IMG/VR virus record: IMGVR_UViG_3300003319_000115
Span: 1 to 53,730 of that record
Strand: one strand, 5' to 3'
DNA length: 53,730 bases
Origin: a virus
Lineage: Duplodnaviria; Caudoviricetes
The notes under the pieces are model-generated. The model was given only the letters and a program-made list of their open reading frames with translations, did not search any database and was not told the DNA's origin. This document shows positions 48,112-53,730 of the stretch, piece after piece; within the stretch, counting starts at the first letter, position 1; the number at the start of each line of letters is the position of its first letter. The translations under genes were made by a program, and so were the position numbers.

Positions 48112-48774
48112 TGGGGTAGCACACAGCGAACGTCTGACTAACTAGTAGCTGTGTGGAAACGTAGTCTTGTCAACTACGGGTGAAGGAAACGTCTCATAAA
48201 CGTAACCCTTCCTACCCACACTTTTTGGTTAGTTATACTCAGTTAGCGTATCAAGAGGGTATTGGCCCGCATAATCCAATGTAAGTTACCAGGCCGTTAG
48301 CTATAACTAACCATTAACTTAAGTGTGTAATCGAGATGGCGCACAGTAGGTTACTACGAGCACCCTCGTTGCGCGACCTCCGTATGGCGTCGTAAGGGTT
48401 AGTTAACGTTAACGACGTACCTCTAACTACCCTCCCTTCTCTTACACACTAGTTAAGCGTCTACCCTTATGTAATGTTGGGGAACTAGGCTAACATCTAG
48501 TGAAAATTAGCCCGCTTAACTTTAATTTCGTTCCCATTCGACTAGCGGTAAGTCGCCCCGTAAATAGCGTAGTGCTGCGACCACGTTCGGGCTTAATAGG
48601 TGCTGATCCTGCGCGCGGGACAGCAAATACCTATATGAGTACATATCCGTGGTGAGGGAAACGCCGTTTTCGATAGCGGCATGGGAATTTGGTGATGTGT
48701 CAGTAGCATAACGCGAGATAGTGTGGCCTAAGCCTAACGGCAGATGGGTAGAATCCCACTCTGACTATCACCAA
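48112..48774 (+). ncRNA. array of six structured RNA units, several tRNA-like
   Basis: Units 48112-48218, 48226-48313, 48314-48456, 48451-48521, 48531-48688, 48689-48774, each closed by a 6-12 bp terminal stem. Confidence 0.65.
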
Positions 48775-48779
48775 AATAA

Positions 48780-48851
48780 TCCCCACTCGTATAATGGTCA
48801 TTACACTGGACTTTGGCTCCGGGGATAATGGTTCGATTCCATTGTGGGGTA
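48780..48851 (+). tRNA. tRNA-Gln(TTG)
   Basis: ctgga-ctTTGgc-tccgg, aatgg-ttcgatt-ccatt, acceptor tccccac/gtggggt with 1-72 mismatch. Confidence 0.9.
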
Positions 48852-48855
48852 TCTA

Positions 48856-49940
48856 ATGGACTACAATAACTTAATAGCTTGTATCTACTACGATACAAAT
48901 GTCATAGAAATACTTGATCCACAAGAACCTGATATAAGAGTTATAATAGACTTACTCGGACTTGAAAATATACATTATGATAGAAATTACTTATTCAAAC
49001 TAGCCCGAGGCATTTTGAAGTTTGCAAAGGTTCCTCATGTACCATCGCCATTAATGGGAATGAAATATAATAACACTTACATTGATGAACTATGAATATT
49101 CCTGCCGAAGAATTAAATTATGTTATTCGCATTGAACAACGTTCTAGATTTTACCTAGATGCATTACGCTCTCAACTTCCTATTCCCGTATTTGCAACTA
49201 AAGAAGAAGAAATCGAAGAACATAGAAAAATCTTAGATGCTTATTGTAAAACTTGGTTAAGTTATAGGGATAAGTTATGAAGAAAACATTAATCATTGAC
49301 GTAATTTGTCCTCAATGTAAAGCAAAAGACAATGAAGTAGAAATAGAAATCACTGAACACGGTTATGATGGTTCCTACTTTAGCCCCGGTCATGGTTGTC
49401 AGTGGACAGTGATTAAGAATCAAGAGTGTGAACATTGTAAGCACAAGTTTACTGACGACGATCTAGAACCCTACGAAGTAGAAATCCAAATGAGATATAG
49501 TGAACCGAGTGATCCTTTATGAGCAAACAAGACATCGAACAATTCCTAAAGAAACTAGAAGGCAAGAAAATTGGTGATGGTATTGCAGCATTTGAAGAAC
49601 AGTTGGGTATAGAATTATTGAACGAAGATAATTCACATTATGGTGTATTGTGGTTTGATGTGGTGGTGCATGATGATGGTAAACCTGGATATGTGTTAAG
49701 AGTATGATTATCTCAATTAAACGTTTCATTCTTCAACACGATTTTGAAGTAGAAACACTAATAAACACACGATACATTTTAAAGATCGAAAATACTCAAC
49801 CACATGAAGGAAAACCAACAACTAGAATCTTAATGGATTCTCTAGATAGTAGTAGAGGACCAGATATTATTTATACATACGATACGTTAGGAACAATCAA
49901 AGGTAAGGTAACCAAAGCCCGGAAGGTACAAGGTGACTAA
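48856..49940 (+). CDS. run of small ORFs (48856-49095, 49092-49280, 49277-49522 Zn ribbon, 49519-49707, 49704-49940)
   Basis: ATGA-coupled chain; CPQC...CEHC. Confidence 0.65.
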
Positions 49941-50151
49941 CTGGATTTGCGAAATTTGTGAGATTGATTATGAATAACGTAGACGACCACACACGAAGCT
50001 ACTAGGTCGTGAAGGTCACACCTTTATCGTCTGTAAAGACTGTGGCCCGGCGGTAGCTAAACAGTTATCCGTTATGAATGATCGGGCTGAAACAGTAAGA
50101 AAAAGAAAGCGGGCTAAGACACTAACGCCTCCACCTGAGGCTATTACCTAA
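49933..50151 (+). pseudogene. CxxC...CxxC Zn-finger gene interrupted by in-frame TAA at 49975-49977
   Basis: MTNWICEICEIDYE*RRRPHTKLLGREGHTFIVCKDCGPAV...; both Cys pairs in one frame. Confidence 0.6.
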
Positions 50152-50160
50152 GCCTCAACA

Positions 50161-50243
50161 GCCACTATGGCGAAATCGGTAAACGCAAGAGACTTAAAAT
50201 CTCTCACCCTTTGGGTTTGTGGGTTCGAGTCCCACTAGTGGCA
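50161..50243 (+). tRNA. tRNA-Leu(TAA)
   Basis: gccacta/tagtggc acceptor, agaga-ctTAAaa-tctct, long variable arm, gtggg-ttcgagt-cccac. Confidence 0.95.
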
Positions 50244-50248
50244 TTATT

Positions 50249-50548
50249 ATGGAAGAACAACAAGAAACAACTACCGATCCCTCCGTTATAGCCTCGCGTC
50301 ACCGCACCCATCAAGTAGAAACGTTAGAGTTGGAATCAATGATTGCATTTAGAGAAGCTGTAGGAATGCACATAGGCTTACTTCACTTACGCCGAGAGGG
50401 GAACGTTAACACTAATATGCGTTCTCTTTACCGTAACTCCGAAACTCTCCTTCACATTGAGTTCGAAAAACTAATGGACAAAGCCGTTAACAAGTGGCTT
50501 GAAATGAGAAAGATTCAACTTGTTCAGAAAAAGTTAGGAGAACGTTAG
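50249..50548 (+). CDS. hypothetical protein
   Basis: ORF after the tRNA. Confidence 0.6.
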   Translation: MEEQQETTTDPSVIASRHRTHQVETLELESMIAFREAVGMHIGLLHLRREGNVNTNMRSLYRNSETLLHIEFEKLMDKAVNKWLEMRKIQLVQKKLGER

Positions 50549-50574
50549 TAATCACCGTATAACACTAATCAATA

Positions 50575-51108
50575 ATGATCCGTCCAATTAAAGATCAAGT
50601 ATTTGTTAGACCAATCTTCGATCCTGATACTAGTCCAACTGGACTTATCATTATTCCCGATGAAGCTAAAGAGCGTTGTGACCAAGGCATTGTCAAGTAT
50701 GTGGGGCCTGACGTGCGAGATGTTAGAGTGGGTGATTACGTTCTATTCGGAGGATACAATGGAACGTTAATTAGGTTAACGGAACCTAATGAGTTACTTA
50801 TAGTTTTCCGTGAACCCTGGATTCATGCTATTCTAACAGACGTTGATAACATCACTGTAAACGGACTTTACTACGAAGATGTAAATTCAACTATAGATTT
50901 AGCCCGATTAATTCATAACTTTATCGTAACAAATTTGAGTGCATTACATAATGGTGTTTCATCAATAGATGAAAATGAGTTTGCTCAATACTTAGCAGAA
51001 CAAGGTTACAAGAAAATTTTCCCTGCCACTTACGAGACAGCAGTAGAGTTCCTTGCGCAAGAATTCACTAACCAGAGGAAAACGTTCGATGTCAAAACAG
51101 TTAAGTGA
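50575..51108 (+). CDS. groES: GroES-like co-chaperonin with C-terminal extension
   Basis: IRPIKDQVFVRP...TGLIIIPDEAKE...G.V..VG......VGD.VLFG.Y.GT. Confidence 0.85.
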   Translation: MIRPIKDQVFVRPIFDPDTSPTGLIIIPDEAKERCDQGIVKYVGPDVRDVRVGDYVLFGGYNGTLIRLTEPNELLIVFREPWIHAILTDVDNITVNGLYYEDVNSTIDLARLIHNFIVTNLSALHNGVSSIDENEFAQYLAEQGYKKIFPATYETAVEFLAQEFTNQRKTFDVKTVK

Positions 51109-51424
51109 ATTACAAAAGGAAATTTATGCATGGGCTCAGTCTAAGGGTTGGTGGGAAGAAGGTGACAGAAATCATGGACAATTAATGTTGCTTATGGTTA
51201 GTGAGTTGACAGAAGCTCACGAAGAATTGAGACATGGACACAACGTTAAAGAAATTTACTATAACGAATCAAAGCCCGAAGGCGTCCCAATTGAACTTGC
51301 AGATTGCGTAATTCGTATTCTTGATTACTGTGCACATTACGACATCAATCTAGAAGCTGCCATTAACATTAAGATGGAGTACAATAAGACTCGACCCTAT
51401 CGTCATGGAAATAAAACAGCGTAG
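51089..51424 (+). CDS. MazG-like all-alpha NTP pyrophosphatase
   Basis: L.L.VSELTEA.EE.R ... ELADCVIRILD ... KM.YN..RPY.HG. Confidence 0.85.
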   Translation: MSKQLSELQKEIYAWAQSKGWWEEGDRNHGQLMLLMVSELTEAHEELRHGHNVKEIYYNESKPEGVPIELADCVIRILDYCAHYDINLEAAINIKMEYNKTRPYRHGNKTA

Positions 51425-51680
51425 TATATGTCCAAGGTGTGAGAAACTAGTTGCTGCCGATGGCATTCACACTTGTTACGACGCGCGTTTAGTTCGTGTA
51501 GAACAAGCCGCATATAAAATGTGGCGGAATATGATTGTAGGATTTAAAACAATTCCTACAGCCTATGAAGTAAAGAATTGGATTGATACAACGTATAGAG
51601 AAGAAAGTAAGGAAATAAGCCTTGAACTCGTAGCCTTGTGGATTCAACATTGGTCGAGTAAACCTTTAGATATGAGCTAA
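51405..51680 (+). CDS. hypothetical protein
   Basis: CPRC....IHTC. Confidence 0.55.
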   Translation: MEIKQRSICPRCEKLVAADGIHTCYDARLVRVEQAAYKMWRNMIVGFKTIPTAYEVKNWIDTTYREESKEISLELVALWIQHWSSKPLDMS

Positions 51681-51682
51681 CA

Positions 51683-51913
51683 ATGGAAAAGGAACGCCTA
51701 GCTGAAGGTATGAGTGTGCAACCTCCAGAGTTCTTGTTACAGTTTTTTGAGTACAAGCACCTACCACTCCATTTGCAAGAAGTCAGTATAGAATTCTACA
51801 CACTCGCACAATGGCTCATTGACAATCTTCCCCGTAATCCCGAACGTACTGTTGCACTCCGTAAGCTCCTAGAAGCTAAAGACTGTGCCGTCAGAGCGAG
51901 GTTAGCAAAATGA
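51683..51913 (+). CDS. helical-hairpin protein, possibly of the Acb2/Tad1-like nucleotide-sponge superfamily
   Basis: LLQFF.Y.HLP.HLQ.VS..F..LA....LP.NPERTVALRKLLEAKDCAVRA; family link recalled, not searched. Confidence 0.5.
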   Translation: MEKERLAEGMSVQPPEFLLQFFEYKHLPLHLQEVSIEFYTLAQWLIDNLPRNPERTVALRKLLEAKDCAVRARLAK

Positions 51914-52143
51914 GTGAGATGATCTACACAGCCGAAGATGCACAGAGAGTGAAGTCTGAGGGAAAGCGTATGGTTAAGAAAACTCCCACATATGTTATTC
52001 CTATCCCCGGTCCATGTACAGTTCGTACAGAAGAAGGTTCTATCCTCGTTAATGAAGATGGCTACCTTGCAACAAATGAGGAAGCAGATAGAGTTTGGCC
52101 CATTAGTAAGGATTACATTGAAAAGAACTACACAGAAGCCTAA
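51910..52143 (+). CDS. PGDYG-like small beta protein
   Basis: KK.....V.T.EG.......Y.......WPI..D..EK.Y pattern. Confidence 0.55.
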   Translation: MSEMIYTAEDAQRVKSEGKRMVKKTPTYVIPIPGPCTVRTEEGSILVNEDGYLATNEEADRVWPISKDYIEKNYTEA

Positions 52144-52152
52144 AACTAAACC

Positions 52153-52181
52153 TTGACTTTCGTGGGCCAGAGTGTTATATT
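52153..52181 (+). promoter_or_regulatory. sigma70-type promoter of the polymerase operon
   Basis: TTGACT-17bp-TATATT with TG extension. Confidence 0.8.
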
Positions 52182-52215
52182 ATAGATATAACAACTTCTG
52201 GCCCGCTTTATTTCT

Positions 52216-52446
52216 ATGGCAACAATAGTAAAGCTAATTAATGGTCCGTTTCACAGCCAAGTAAGGCACGTTGAATCATGGGAAGATACAATTAAAATAG
52301 AATATGTAAGTATGCAAGATTTACATGATAGTATGTTTAAACAACAGACACCGCCAACCTATGTTGGTTGGTATGTAAGAAAGCGTAATAGTCAAACTAA
52401 TGAAATAGCTTTTTTTTGGGAACAAAATGACCCTAATAGGAAATAA
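52216..52446 (+). CDS. hypothetical protein
   Basis: L.NGP..Q pattern; first ORF after the promoter. Confidence 0.6.
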   Translation: MATIVKLINGPFHSQVRHVESWEDTIKIEYVSMQDLHDSMFKQQTPPTYVGWYVRKRNSQTNEIAFFWEQNDPNRK

Positions 52447-53730
52447 ACCAGTTCCCGGCACCGGCCCCACTAACTCCAACATTCTCCTAGTTGGTGAAGC
52501 TCCGGGCGCTGATGAGGAACGTTTAGGAGAACCATTTGTTGGTTATTCGGGCGAGTTGTTGATGAACGTATTGGGACGCAACGGTATATCCCGCAACGAA
52601 GTCCGTCTCGATAACCTTTGTCACTACCGCCCGTCATCAAATAAGTTTCAGAACCTTGTAGGTTCCAAGGAACTTGTTCAAGGAATCCTCTCCCTTCATG
52701 ATTACCTCTCCAATCACAGACCCAACATTATCATTGCGTTGGGGAGCCAGCCACTTAAATACCTCACTGGAAAGGTTGGTATTGACAGATACCGTGGTTC
52801 TTTCCTCACTACCAACTTTAAAGACATACCGCCTATTAAGGTATTACCCACATATCATCCCGCTGCCGTATTGCGTGATCGGAAGCTCTACCCGATCTTC
52901 GACTTCGACATACGTCGTGGAATTTCTGATTCGAGTTTTCCCGATTTGCGGCTACCAGAGTACAATTTTGTACTTAATCCACAAGGTCTTGAAAGAGAGG
53001 AATGGACTGAGAAGTTATGCAACGCTAGAAAGCTGGCCGTTGACATCGAGGCTGTTAAAGATTCAACTCAAATCATCTGTGTGGGATTTGCCCTGGATGA
53101 AAAAACAGCAGTAGTTTTTCCGTACGATCATAATAATTACGAGAACATTGATCGAGTTTTACGTAGTGCTGCCACTAAAGTGTTTCACTTTGGCACTTAC
53201 GATAGCATCATGTTGGAGTTAAATGGACATGAAATTAAAAATTACAGCAGAGATACGCTCGTCGGACTTCACACTATCAATCCAGAACTTCCAAAATCTC
53301 TCGCCTTTGCAACTTCTATCTACACAAGACAACCTTATTACAAAGACGATGGACGAGGTTCACTCCCTAGCGATGCGAAAGCTTGGGGCAAGAAAAGAGA
53401 CAGAAACGATGTCTATGAATATAACGCTAAAGATTGTTGCGTCACCTGGTTGATTGATGAGAGGGAGCAGGAATATATTAGTGCTGATCCTCACTTTAAA
53501 GCGACATATGAACTAGAAATAAACTTAATTCCCGTAGCCCGCAAAATGAGTAAAACGGGAATGTTAGTGGACATGAAGCGTAGAGAGATGCTAAGAGTAG
53601 CCCTCCTCAATAAGTGGGCCAAAAAGCAATTTGCCTTAGATAAGCTCGTTGGTGAATCTGTAAATGTACGCTCACCGAAACTAAAAGATATTCTCTATGG
53701 AAAGTTCAAGCTTCCTGTCCAAAAGCTACG
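52427..53730 (+). CDS. polA: DNA polymerase A N-terminal subunit: family-4-like uracil-DNA glycosylase + 3'-5' exonuclease + thumb (continues at base 25, ends 436)
   Basis: Translated by hand (absent from the ORF track): LVGEAPGADE..GEPFVG.SG, PTYHPAAVLR; ExoI AVDIE, ExoII HFGTYD, ExoIII YEYNAKD; GMLVD. Confidence 0.92.
   Translation, partial: MTLIGNKPVPGTGPTNSNILLVGEAPGADEERLGEPFVGYSGELLMNVLGRNGISRNEVRLDNLCHYRPSSNKFQNLVGSKELVQGILSLHDYLSNHRPNIIIALGSQPLKYLTGKVGIDRYRGSFLTTNFKDIPPIKVLPTYHPAAVLRDRKLYPIFDFDIRRGISDSSFPDLRLPEYNFVLNPQGLEREEWTEKLCNARKLAVDIEAVKDSTQIICVGFALDEKTAVVFPYDHNNYENIDRVLRSAATKVFHFGTYDSIMLELNGHEIKNYSRDTLVGLHTINPELPKSLAFATSIYTRQPYYKDDGRGSLPSDAKAWGKKRDRNDVYEYNAKDCCVTWLIDEREQEYISADPHFKATYELEINLIPVARKMSKTGMLVDMKRREMLRVALLNKWAKKQFALDKLVGESVNVRSPKLKDILYGKFKLPVQKL

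Noticed and set aside
48689-48774. Amber suppressor tRNA (CTA in ggcctaagcc) and genome recoding
   Set aside because: No canonical 7-nt anticodon loop around CTA; long genes read through in the standard code and TAG serves as a stop
1-53730. Prophage or temperate lifestyle
   Set aside because: No integrase, repressor, partition genes or host flanks recognised; the sequence closes on itself
53707-53730. Biological terminal repeat
   Set aside because: It falls inside the polymerase ORF and is best explained as assembler overlap

Overview
The window is essentially a complete ~53.7 kb tailed dsDNA phage genome, circularly permuted: bases 1-24 repeat 53707-53730 and the DNA polymerase frame runs through the junction. 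It has two arms. The minus-strand arm (29.3 to 3.05 kb) is morphogenesis and lysis: terminase, HNH, portal, scaffold, major capsid, adaptor, M15 peptidase endolysin, nozzle, GNAT and three ejection-type proteins. No tape measure or tail tube is visible, so the phage looks podovirus-like. The plus-strand arm (30.0 kb to the end, then 1-3.05 kb) holds small early genes, an SNF2 helicase, a macrodomain-like protein, a TGT/DpdA-like transglycosylase with a GNAT, a stand-alone TSCPD domain, a PD-(D/E)XK/AAA_24/SSB recombination module, 3 tRNAs, GroES-, MazG- and sponge-like genes, a UDG-exonuclease-PolA split into two genes, and a DUF3987-type ATPase. No integrase or primase is recognisable. The most unusual features are: (i) six closely packed structured RNA units between tRNA-Lys and tRNA-Gln, several tRNA-like, one with three anticodon-like loops; (ii) a split PolA with His at the 762-equivalent position; (iii) a strand-specific family of GNA-loop/tandem-GA DNA hairpins; (iv) an orphan TGT-like plus GNAT pair downstream of a ~450-nt structured region. 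All protein calls come from motif recognition by eye; no database searches were run.
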